IMG/VR virus record: IMGVR_UViG_3300045988_077109
From: a virus
Length of the DNA stretch: 35,563 nucleotides
Direction: 5' to 3' (one strand)
Position numbers and translations under genes: made by a program. The notes beneath the pieces are model-generated. The model was given only the letters and a program-made list of their open reading frames with translations. It did no database searches and was not told the DNA's origin. Positions 1 to 6,604 of the stretch are shown here, piece by piece (the stretch's first letter is position 1; each line of letters begins with the position of its first letter).

Positions 1-55
1 ATTCGGCGTTGGAGCAGAAATCTGGAAAGAAATCATGTAGTAAACTAAAGGAAGC
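1..55. repeat. 55-bp terminal direct repeat identical to 35509..35563 (circular-assembly overlap)
   Basis: Bases 1..55 (attcggcgttggagcagaaatctgg...aaactaaaggaagc) recur exactly as the last 55 bases of the window. Unique length is therefore 35508 bp. Confidence 0.95.
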
Positions 56-80
56 TTTAACAGATTAAACAATTGCAGAA

Positions 81-215
81 ATGCTTACATTTGACGCAAT
101 TCCGGAGAAGTACCAGAAAAAAGTAAAAGGATATGGTATTGAGTATGTAAAGAAAGGAAAACTTTCTGTGGAGGAGTATGAAATGCTGTACAAAGAGGAA
201 TATCCGGGAGAGTAG
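81..215 (+). CDS. XkdX-like small phage protein (44 aa)
   Basis: ORF below the track cutoff, ATG 81, TAG 213..215: MLTFDAIPEKYQKKVKGYGIEYVKKGKLSVEEYEMLYKEEYPGE. The KKG-x-L-S-x-EEY-x-x-L tail fits my recollection of the XkdX family. It also sits just after the fibre genes, across the circular junction. The SD is weak. Confidence 0.5.
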   Translation: MLTFDAIPEKYQKKVKGYGIEYVKKGKLSVEEYEMLYKEEYPGE

Positions 216-225
216 AGGCGATTAT

Positions 226-369
226 ATGGAAATCCAATCCTACCAAGAATTAACTACTTATGCCGGAACAACCATCGTGGAGAACGATGCAGAATGCTAC
301 ATGGAAGTCTCTGCCGGTGGTGGAGATGCATTAAGAGCCAAGAAGCTGGCGTTGATACTGGGAGATTAG
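226..369 (+). CDS. hypothetical small protein (47 aa)
   Basis: Internal ATG 226 of track ORF 178..369, with agagg about 7 nt upstream. MEIQSYQELTTYAGTTIVENDAECYMEVSAGGGDALRAKKLALILGD. No family recognised. Confidence 0.4.
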   Translation: MEIQSYQELTTYAGTTIVENDAECYMEVSAGGGDALRAKKLALILGD

Positions 370-385
370 AGATAAGACAAAGAGA

Positions 386-414
386 TTGAATCTTATATAT
401 AAAAGTGGTACACT
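386..414 (+). promoter_or_regulatory. sigma-70-type promoter of the moron gene
   Basis: TTGAAT (386..391), 17-nt spacer, TACACT (409..414), with TG at 406..407 (extended -10, tgGTACACT). It lies 32 nt upstream of ATG 447. Confidence 0.6.
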
Positions 415-446
415 GTCTTTTACAAAAATACGAAGGAGAAACATCG

Positions 447-947
447 ATGCCAAAAGAAGTAATTATCTCGCTTATTTCCACTGTTTTAGGGACGGTTGTT
501 GGATGGATTTTAAATTGTTTTTCGCTTAATACGGGGAGAATAGTAATAGAAATTAATGATTTTCATGCAGCTCCGCAAGAATTTGTACATACATATTCAA
601 ATGGTCAGTACACTGAAATAAGAGGGAAAAGGATTATTGCCTCGTTTGAACTATTAGTGACCAATAAAAAACAAACAACGTGTGGGGTTAATAATTGTAA
701 AGTATATCTTGAAAATAAAAATGGGGAAAAACAGTATTTTACAGATTTAACAGAACAAATGGCAGTGTTTTACGATGGTACAGATTTATTAAATATACCA
801 GGGAGAACAACAAAAAGCAAAAAAATAGAGAAAGAACTTATGCTTTGGCGAAAACAGAGTCTAAAAGGGAGTGTGATATGCTTAGAATATAGGATTAATG
901 GGAAAAAGAAAATACATAGATGTATGCTAGGAGAAATGAAAGAGTAG
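447..947 (+). CDS. membrane-anchored protein of unknown function (166 aa), moron
   Basis: Internal ATG 447 of track ORF 405..947, preceded by gaaggag. The N-terminus MPKEVIISLISTVLGTVVGWILNCF is one hydrophobic helix; the rest is Lys/Asn-rich. The coding DNA is very AT-rich (15 G+C in the 60 nt 661..720). No family recognised. Confidence 0.75.
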   Translation: MPKEVIISLISTVLGTVVGWILNCFSLNTGRIVIEINDFHAAPQEFVHTYSNGQYTEIRGKRIIASFELLVTNKKQTTCGVNNCKVYLENKNGEKQYFTDLTEQMAVFYDGTDLLNIPGRTTKSKKIEKELMLWRKQSLKGSVICLEYRINGKKKIHRCMLGEMKE

Positions 948-982
948 AGTCGTGCTTATTAATACGGCTTCTACTCTTTTTA
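941..982 (+). terminator. Rho-independent terminator of the moron gene
   Basis: Stem agagtaga (941..948) pairs with tctactct (970..977), followed by ttttt at 977..981. The stem overlaps stop codon 945..947. Confidence 0.6.
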
Positions 983-1060
983 TATGCAGAAAGGAAAGCA
1001 CATGGAAATCAGAGCGAGGCCGAGAGGTCTTATTTTTGTACGCAAAATTAAGGAGGAAAC

Positions 1061-1138
1061 ATGGAAATTGTAATTGCGTTTGCGGCAGGTGCAATCATAG
1101 AAATTGGAATTATGTGCCTACTACAGATTAACAGATGA
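1061..1138 (+). CDS. possible 25-aa hydrophobic peptide
   Basis: ATG 1061 is 5 nt after the strong SD aaggagg (1050..1056). MEIVIAFAAGAIIEIGIMCLLQINR, TGA 1136..1138. It is too short to be in the track. It could also be the broken 5' end of the next gene. Confidence 0.3.
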   Translation: MEIVIAFAAGAIIEIGIMCLLQINR

Positions 1139-1151
1139 AAGTGAGAACAGA

Positions 1152-1454
1152 ATGAAAGAACTACTTTTTCAGACCTACACGATAGTGCTTCCGATACTAT
1201 TAGGATATATCGTGTGGCTGTTAAAAAATCAGAAGAAAGACAGGGATGCAAACAGCAAAGGTACGATGCTTTTACTTAGAGTCCAGTTGATTGAATACCA
1301 TGATAAGTATATGAGACTTGGCTCAATCCCATCGTATGCTTACGAGAATTTCTGTGAAATGTATAATGCGTATCACAAACTCGGTGGCAATGGAATGATT
1401 ACAAAGATGATGCATGAAATTGAAGAATTGCACCTAAGAGGAAAAGGAGAATAG
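1152..1454 (+). CDS. lysis-module membrane protein (100 aa), function unknown
   Basis: Internal ATG 1152 of track ORF 1104..1454. MKELLFQTYTIVLPILLGYIVWLLKNQKK gives one N-terminal TM helix, followed by a soluble helical part. It lies directly upstream of the holin. Confidence 0.65.
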   Translation: MKELLFQTYTIVLPILLGYIVWLLKNQKKDRDANSKGTMLLLRVQLIEYHDKYMRLGSIPSYAYENFCEMYNAYHKLGGNGMITKMMHEIEELHLRGKGE

Positions 1455-1458
1455 AATC

Positions 1459-1752
1459 ATGGAACAGATTATTAATTATGTGAAACCGGAACTTGTTGTC
1501 GTGGCAGTTGTCCTGTATTTTATCGGAATCGGACTAAAAAAATCTGAAACCGTAGCAGATAAATACATTCCGACAATCCTTGGAGCTGTTGGAGTTGTAA
1601 TTTGCGGAATTTATGTTGTTGCAACTTGCAACCTTAAAGGTACACAAAATATCGCAATGGCAATTTTCACAGCGATTGTTCAGGGTATTCTGGTTGCGGG
1701 ACTTAGCAATTATGTAAACCAGGTGTTTAAACAGTTAAATAAAGCTGAGTAG
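1459..1752 (+). CDS. holin (97 aa, about 3 TM segments)
   Basis: Three hydrophobic stretches (LVVVAVVLYFIGIGL, ILGAVGVVICGIYVVA, IAMAIFTAIVQGILVAGL) and a charged C-terminus. It lies immediately upstream of the endolysin. The pattern resembles Hol44/phage_holin_5-type holins (from memory). Confidence 0.85.
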   Translation: MEQIINYVKPELVVVAVVLYFIGIGLKKSETVADKYIPTILGAVGVVICGIYVVATCNLKGTQNIAMAIFTAIVQGILVAGLSNYVNQVFKQLNKAE

Positions 1753-1781
1753 ATAGAGTAAAGACGGAAAGGAGAGATACT

Positions 1782-3119
1782 ATGGCACATTTATATGTAA
1801 TAGCCGGTCATGGTGCCGGTGATTGCGGAGCAGTAGGATATGGATATACGGAGGCAGAGCGTGTACGTGCGCTCGCTTCCAGATTATCAGCGCTGGGAGG
1901 TAGTAATGTTACTATTGCAGACACAAACCGAAACTGGTATGCCGATAATGGTATTATGAGCTTAAATATTCCGAAAGATTGGCAGATTCTGGAATTACAC
2001 ATGGACAGCGCAGGAGCTTCGGCAAAGGGCGGTCATGTTATCATCAATTCTGCTTATAGCGCAGACCAGTACGACACGGCACTGGCAAGTTTTATCGGCT
2101 CGTTTTTTCCGGGACGTGCAAAAAATATCATTCCAAGAAGCGACCTCGCCAACCCGAACAGGGCTGCCGCAAGAGGATATAGCTATCGACTTCTGGAAAA
2201 TGGCTTTATCACAAATTCTGGCGATCTGAATAAATTTAACAGTCAGATGGATGATCTGGCAAGAGGTATCCTTAATGCATTCGGCATCGCTACGGCATCT
2301 CCGGCAAAAGAGGATTCTGACGGTAAAGTAACAGCTGGTGGAACATCTCAGGACTCCGTACAGCATTACGGTAAGGTATCCTACCAGTCACATATCCGCG
2401 ACATCGGATGGGCGTGCTGGCAGTCTGACGGTCGTATGTCTGGAACTACTGGACAGAACCGGAGAATCGAAGCGTTCCGACTTATTCCTGTCGGAGAAAC
2501 AGACGTAGTAGTGCATATCAAGGATGTAGGCGATAAGGAATACAAGAATATCTCCAAAGGCACAATCCTTGGCACCACAGGACAGAACAAACGTATCGAA
2601 GCAATCAAGATTACCGGAAAAGATACGCCATATATCTACAGAGTTCATCAGAAAAACATCGGATGGACAGATTGGACATTCAATGGATCATGGGCTGGCA
2701 CAAAAGGAAAAGGGCTGCAAATTGAAGCGATTGAGATCATGGCTGCTAAATTCCTTGTCAATCCACACGTCCAGAACAGAGGCTGGTTAGGAGAGAGAGC
2801 TTGCGAGAATATCATTGGTATTACAGGACATAACCTTAGATTAGAAGCATTTAAGATTGATCCGCTTAATATGACAATTAAAGCAAAAGCTCACATTCAG
2901 GGAATTGGTTGGAAAGATTATGGTCAAATTGACAAAAATACTGTAATCGGAACTGTAGGGGAAAATAAAAGAATTGAATGTTTATGTTTCAAAGGTGATT
3001 TTGAATACAGAGTACATATCCAGAACAGCGGCTGGACTGATTGGACAAAAGCTGATGGGGTAGCAACACTCGGAACTGTGGGACAGGCACTAAGAATTGA
3101 AGCGATTCAGTTTAGATAG
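1782..3119 (+). CDS. endolysin: N-acetylmuramoyl-L-alanine amidase (Amidase_3-like) plus six ChW cell-wall-binding repeats
   Basis: N-terminus HLYVIAGHGAGDCGAVGYGYTEAERVRAL...LELHMDS resembles a MurNAc-LAA zinc amidase. The C-terminal half is made of repeats of the form Y-x-x-H-x-x-x-x-GW-x-x-W...GTTGQ-x-x-RIEA, typical of clostridial ChW repeats. Confidence 0.9.
   Translation: MAHLYVIAGHGAGDCGAVGYGYTEAERVRALASRLSALGGSNVTIADTNRNWYADNGIMSLNIPKDWQILELHMDSAGASAKGGHVIINSAYSADQYDTALASFIGSFFPGRAKNIIPRSDLANPNRAAARGYSYRLLENGFITNSGDLNKFNSQMDDLARGILNAFGIATASPAKEDSDGKVTAGGTSQDSVQHYGKVSYQSHIRDIGWACWQSDGRMSGTTGQNRRIEAFRLIPVGETDVVVHIKDVGDKEYKNISKGTILGTTGQNKRIEAIKITGKDTPYIYRVHQKNIGWTDWTFNGSWAGTKGKGLQIEAIEIMAAKFLVNPHVQNRGWLGERACENIIGITGHNLRLEAFKIDPLNMTIKAKAHIQGIGWKDYGQIDKNTVIGTVGENKRIECLCFKGDFEYRVHIQNSGWTDWTKADGVATLGTVGQALRIEAIQFR
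2364..3116 (+). repeat. six tandem ChW-type coding repeats inside the endolysin
   Basis: Repeat cores are SHIRDIGWACW..GTTGQNRRIEAF, (degenerate) GTTGQNKRIEAI, HQKNIGWTDW..GTKGKGLQIEAI, HVQNRGWLGE..GITGHNLRLEAF, HIQGIGWKDY..GTVGENKRIECL and HIQNSGWTDW..GTVGQALRIEAI. Confidence 0.85.
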
Positions 3120-3257
3120 TTTCGCAACATCTTATAGCATTTTCTGGTTAATTAAAATTAATCGTTAGTGACACATTAGCGACAAAAAGTGCCACAAATG
3201 GCGTAAATACGTTGTGCTCAATTATCATTCCTTTAAAATATCCTATTATAAATAAGG

Positions 3258-3313
3258 AAGAAAATACTTCCATCTTGTATGTGCAAACGAATCAGCACAT
3301 ACAAGATGGAAGT
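3258..3313 (-). terminator. Rho-independent terminator of the integrase gene
   Basis: Perfect 19-bp inverted repeat acttccatcttgtatgtgc (3266..3284) / gcacatacaagatggaagt (3295..3313) with a 10-nt loop. On the minus strand the hairpin is followed by attttcttcc. It starts 9 nt after the int stop codon. Confidence 0.8.
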
Positions 3314-3321
3314 AAAAAAGA

Positions 3322-4851
3322 TCAGCGAGAAATACGCGGAAAAACGTCTATGGAAAAAGAAGAATGTCGTTGGCCACGGGCGTTTTTCTCTGTTTTTGTA
3401 AAATCTATTCTTTCAATCACATTCTTCAAAGCTGTATTTTTATCTGCAGCATCAAAAGTATCCCATGCATTTAGAAGTTCTTGACATTTAGGGACAAATG
3501 TGGAGCGGTTCTTTTTCGACAAATCGAGACGCACGATATCAGCATTCACAGATTCAATTTTCTTATCAAAATCTTTTATTTTATCTTCCAGAGCAGCAGA
3601 ACGCTCAAAGAAAATCTCTTTTGTATAAATCCCCTGCTCTAATAAATCGAATAAGGATCCCCGTTGCTTCAGAGTTGTTTCCTTTTCTTTTTCCAAATTC
3701 ACAAGAATGGACCGGAGAGATTCTTGCTCGGAATCATCTGTACTTTCAAAATTGTTTACCTTGTAGTCAGCTATGTAGTTGCGGATCCATTCCAGGACAG
3801 CGTTTTCGAGTTCTTCAAGTTCAATAGCTACAGTGGCGCATCCGGCATATTGGCAAATAAGATAATCACGAGGCTGTTTGGAGGACATTTTTTTTCTAAC
3901 CATGACACGCCCGCAACAAGAACACCGGACGATTCCGGCGAACGGGTTCTGAATTCTACAGCTACGTTTTACCGGAGCGGTCATGGAAGAGTTTACAGAG
4001 TTCGCCCGGTAATAGAGATCTTCCGAGATACATCCAGGATGTTTTCCTTTTACTAAAATATAATCATCTGCCTTCGGACGGCTGGTTGCGATTTTTCCAT
4101 TTACAATTGCTTTTTGTGATTTTCGATAATTCCAACGTAACATTCCTATATTTACAGGGTTTGAAATGATTGTTTTTACAGTAGCCGGATTAAAAGGCTT
4201 TCCACTACGAGAAACGATTCCCATGCCGGTTAATGCAGAACAGGTCTTCTGGAATCCGTATTTTTTATTCCCCATAAAATCATACATCAGTTTCAAAACC
4301 GGATTTTCTTTTTCGTCTGGTACGAGCGTAAAATGCTTGCAATCATCCGCTTTTACACGCCTCCAACCGTATGGAGCGATGTTGCCGACATAATATCCGT
4401 CTTTTACAGATCGAATACGCCCAGCCTGCATCCTACGTTTAATAGTGGCATATTCACGCCGGGACATAAAAAGAGAGAACTCGAAGTATTCATTGTCGTT
4501 CTCAATCGCTGGATTATAAGTCTTTCCTGGAGTAACGATCAGAGTGTTGGAGTAGAAGAAAGCTCTCTGAACACGTCCTTGATCAATAGTGTCACCTCTG
4601 GCAAGACGTTCCACTTCCATAACAAGGACACCTTCCCAGATACCGGATTCAACTTCGGATAAAAGGCGGACCATTTCCGGTCTAGCATCGATGCTATCTC
4701 CGGATACGACTTCTCTGTAAATAGCTCCGATCGGAAGGCTTCTGGCACGTGCAAGTTCAAGAAGAGTTTCCTCATGACGTTTCAAAACATCAATTCCGAG
4801 TGCTTCAAGGTCGGAATCTTTTCTGGATTTTCTTAAATAAATTACATACAT
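3322..4851 (-). CDS. int: large serine recombinase (phage integrase), 509 aa
   Basis: N-terminal resolvase-type catalytic domain (YVIYLRKSRKDS...VLVMEVERLARG) and a central recombinase domain. A Cys-rich zinc ribbon follows (VRCSCCGRVMVRKK...LICQYAGC), then a coiled coil. SD aaaggag precedes the start. Confidence 0.93.
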   Translation of the reverse strand: MYVIYLRKSRKDSDLEALGIDVLKRHEETLLELARARSLPIGAIYREVVSGDSIDARPEMVRLLSEVESGIWEGVLVMEVERLARGDTIDQGRVQRAFFYSNTLIVTPGKTYNPAIENDNEYFEFSLFMSRREYATIKRRMQAGRIRSVKDGYYVGNIAPYGWRRVKADDCKHFTLVPDEKENPVLKLMYDFMGNKKYGFQKTCSALTGMGIVSRSGKPFNPATVKTIISNPVNIGMLRWNYRKSQKAIVNGKIATSRPKADDYILVKGKHPGCISEDLYYRANSVNSSMTAPVKRSCRIQNPFAGIVRCSCCGRVMVRKKMSSKQPRDYLICQYAGCATVAIELEELENAVLEWIRNYIADYKVNNFESTDDSEQESLRSILVNLEKEKETTLKQRGSLFDLLEQGIYTKEIFFERSAALEDKIKDFDKKIESVNADIVRLDLSKKNRSTFVPKCQELLNAWDTFDAADKNTALKNVIERIDFTKTEKNARGQRHSSFSIDVFPRISR

Positions 4852-4922
4852 AATGTATCAGCTCCTTTGTATTTTATGAAAAAAAGGGTACAAAAATAAC
4901 AGCCTGAGAACTTTTGTTCTCT

Positions 4923-4951
4923 TGCGTGGCTGCTCCGGAGATGATACAATA
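4923..4951 (+). promoter_or_regulatory. candidate sigma-70 promoter facing the small zinc-ribbon gene
   Basis: TTGCGT (4923..4928), 17-nt spacer, TACAAT (4946..4951), with TG at 4943..4944 (extended -10). It lies in the int / zinc-ribbon divergent intergenic region. Confidence 0.5.
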
Positions 4952-5016
4952 TTATTGCATTTGGGTATCTCTTCGGAGAACTTAATGAGAACAGGAACAG
5001 AGAGTGAGGTGATGGG

Positions 5017-5199
5017 ATGGAATGTCCAAGATGTGGAAGTAAGCAAATTAACGGAAATGCAAATTTCTGTGTAAAATGTGGAGCAAAATTAAGACCTGTG
5101 TGCAACTGTTGGGTATTAAAAAAGGACAACTATACATGCGGTGAAGATAGTTGTCCAGGGTATAGGATGTTGGTTAAACTCGCTAAACAAAAAAATTAA
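5017..5199 (+). CDS. small zinc-ribbon protein (60 aa)
   Basis: MECPRCGSKQINGNANFCVKCGAKL is a classic CPxCG...FCxxCG zinc ribbon, with four more Cys downstream. SD gaggtga is upstream. Confidence 0.65.
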   Translation: MECPRCGSKQINGNANFCVKCGAKLRPVCNCWVLKKDNYTCGEDSCPGYRMLVKLAKQKN

Positions 5200-5672
5200 G
5201 GATAAATTACTTTCTTTGCAGATTCAGTAATGCAATCAACGAGGAGCTGATACAAAGAATCTTTAAGGATTTGTCCAGCTTTTCCTATAGCAGATCGGTA
5301 CTTTGCGGTTGCAATAGGAGTTTCGGGTGTTTCAACAAGCAAATTAGGAATGGCATTTTTAATTATCGATTTCGTATCTGAATCGAGATCTTCATCAAGT
5401 GATAGAAGTTCGATAGCACTATCCAAGATTTTTTGTGTCCATGGATACGGTTTTCCACAATGATAGCAATAGAAAGGTTTTTGATCCAACGGTTCGGGTA
5501 CGAACAGAATATCATACTCGTAATAACTACCATGAATAGGTTTTCCACAAGAAGGACATTTGTCAAAAGCTTTTGAACCGCATTGGGGGCAAAAGGAATA
5601 AGAGAATTTTTCAATATCGCTAGTTATTATATGCCCGTTTTCACAGATTTGAGCTGTAAGAAAGTTTCCCAT
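5196..5672 (-). CDS. DUF2321-like zinc-ribbon protein with a helical C-terminal domain (158 aa)
   Basis: AQICENGHIITS...FCPQCGSKAFDKCPSCGKPIHG...FYCYHCGKPYPWT matches my recollection of the DUF2321/COG4306 pattern. SD aagggag precedes the start. The stop overlaps the convergent gene in the palindrome TTAA (5196..5199). Confidence 0.75.
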   Translation of the reverse strand: MGNFLTAQICENGHIITSDIEKFSYSFCPQCGSKAFDKCPSCGKPIHGSYYEYDILFVPEPLDQKPFYCYHCGKPYPWTQKILDSAIELLSLDEDLDSDTKSIIKNAIPNLLVETPETPIATAKYRSAIGKAGQILKDSLYQLLVDCITESAKKVIYP

Positions 5673-5712
5673 GTGTAACGTATTCTCCCTTCTTTATTAC
5701 TTGGCACGGTAA

Positions 5713-5770
5713 TGCCTGTAGTTAAAGTATAGGAGAATCGGGTGGAAAGAGCAACAGAGAAAAAGTGAGG
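5713..5770. repeat. copy A of the duplicated intergenic promoter module
   Basis: Shares the identical 22-mer gtagttaaagtataggagaatc (5718..5739) and similar flanks with 6605..6662. Confidence 0.85.
5726..5754 (-). promoter_or_regulatory. leftward sigma-70 promoter of the DUF2321-like gene
   Basis: On the minus strand: TTGCTC (5754..5749), 17-nt spacer, TATACT (5731..5726). The same arrangement is conserved in copy B. Confidence 0.6.
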
Positions 5771-5776
5771 AAGGAA

Positions 5777-6058
5777 ATGAAGAAAAGAATTTTAGAAATC
5801 ATGACAGTAACGGTTTTGACTATGTCGGTTTTAAGTGGATGCAAAGGATTCGCTACGACAGAGACGGAGTATGATACAGAATCGAAAGATATAAAATCAA
5901 TGTTTGTTGAAGTAGAAAAAAATAATGATTGGGTGATTGTGTATGACAAAAAAACGAAAGTTATGTATGCAGTATCTGATTATTCGTATGGCAGTGGAGT
6001 GTTCACAGAACTTGTAGATGAAAATGGTCGGCCGAGATTGTGGGAAGGAAAGGAATAA
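5777..6058 (+). CDS. small lipoprotein, DUF6440-like (93 aa)
   Basis: ATG 5777 follows gaggaagg. The signal peptide MKKRILEIMTVTVLTMSVLSGC carries the lipobox LSGC. The mature part VIVYDKKTKVMYAVSDYSYGSGVFTELVDENGRP resembles the DUF6440 pattern as I recall it. Confidence 0.75.
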   Translation: MKKRILEIMTVTVLTMSVLSGCKGFATTETEYDTESKDIKSMFVEVEKNNDWVIVYDKKTKVMYAVSDYSYGSGVFTELVDENGRPRLWEGKE

Positions 6059-6061
6059 AAA

Positions 6062-6256
6062 ATGAACATTTGCGAAGCAACAAAGAAAGCACTGGAAGAA
6101 AACAAGTGTATAAGAGAGAAACCTTATAAGGTAAAAGTAAAACCTATAAAGGGAGATGTCGGGACGATAATGGGACTGGATGGGAGCCATCCTGTTAAAG
6201 GATGGCAGCCAACAGCCAGAGAGTTGATTTCTGAGTCGTGGGAAGTTATGGAATAA
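6062..6256 (+). CDS. short DUF2829-like (Tad2-like) protein (64 aa)
   Basis: MNICEATKKALEENKCIR...GWQPTARELISESWEVME. The N-terminal M-N-x-x-EA-x-x-AL-x-x-x-K and the C-terminal W-x-P-x-x-x-x-L-x-x-x-x-W-E-V fit my recollection of DUF2829. It starts 4 nt after the lipoprotein gene. Confidence 0.6.
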   Translation: MNICEATKKALEENKCIREKPYKVKVKPIKGDVGTIMGLDGSHPVKGWQPTARELISESWEVME

Positions 6257-6569
6257 ATTGAGCCAGAAAATTTACGACATTAAGAAGAGTTTCCTTTTTC
6301 TGGTTTTCCATGGTGACAATGGCTTTATCGGTAAGGGAAGAATCGTAAATAAAATCACTGGCATGATGATTGTCAAGATATCCATTACGACCTAATTCGC
6401 ACATACAATCGTCAACATCGGAAACAGACCAATCAGGGAAAAGCAATTTCTGAACAGGTTCGGATGAATCAAATTCTTTCGAAGCGCTGCGGGAAAGACC
6501 GTTAGAACGGCGTAGACAATATTCTTTGTATAGATGATAAAGAACGGTTTTTGAATCTTTTGTAAGCAT
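6246..6569 (-). CDS. YjcQ-like winged-helix protein (107 aa), candidate repressor
   Basis: I chose the second ATG (6569) because aaaggag lies 7 nt upstream. MLTKDSKTVLYHLYKEY...DDCMCELGRNGYLD...LTDKAIVTMENQ resembles B. subtilis YjcQ (from memory). It sits in the position normally held by cI. Confidence 0.7.
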   Translation of the reverse strand: MLTKDSKTVLYHLYKEYCLRRSNGLSRSASKEFDSSEPVQKLLFPDWSVSDVDDCMCELGRNGYLDNHHASDFIYDSSLTDKAIVTMENQKKETLLNVVNFLAQFIP

Positions 6570-6604
6570 AACGGAGCTCCTTTCTTTGATACTCAGCATG
6601 GCAG

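Noticed and set aside
1-55. 55-bp end repeat read as a biological direct terminal repeat or att site
   Set aside because: The two copies are exact, sit precisely at the two window ends and have a typical assembler k-mer size. Gene order runs smoothly across the junction, and the packaging genes point to a cos site near 17.1 kb instead.
1808-2648. Several 64-123-aa minus-strand and off-frame ORFs inside the endolysin gene
   Set aside because: All are nested in a gene with clear amidase and ChW homology patterns. None has an SD or any recognisable motif.
3212-3484. 90-aa plus-strand ORF
   Set aside because: It runs through the integrase terminator hairpin and then antisense into the 3' end of int. 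It has no SD.
5702-5716. Sigma-54-like element TGGCACGgtaaTGCc in promoter module copy A
   Set aside because: The -12 element is imperfect (ATGC rather than TTGC). The motif lies just outside the conserved part of the duplicated module and is absent from copy B (tggcagtgcc has the wrong spacing). No enhancer-binding activator gene is present.
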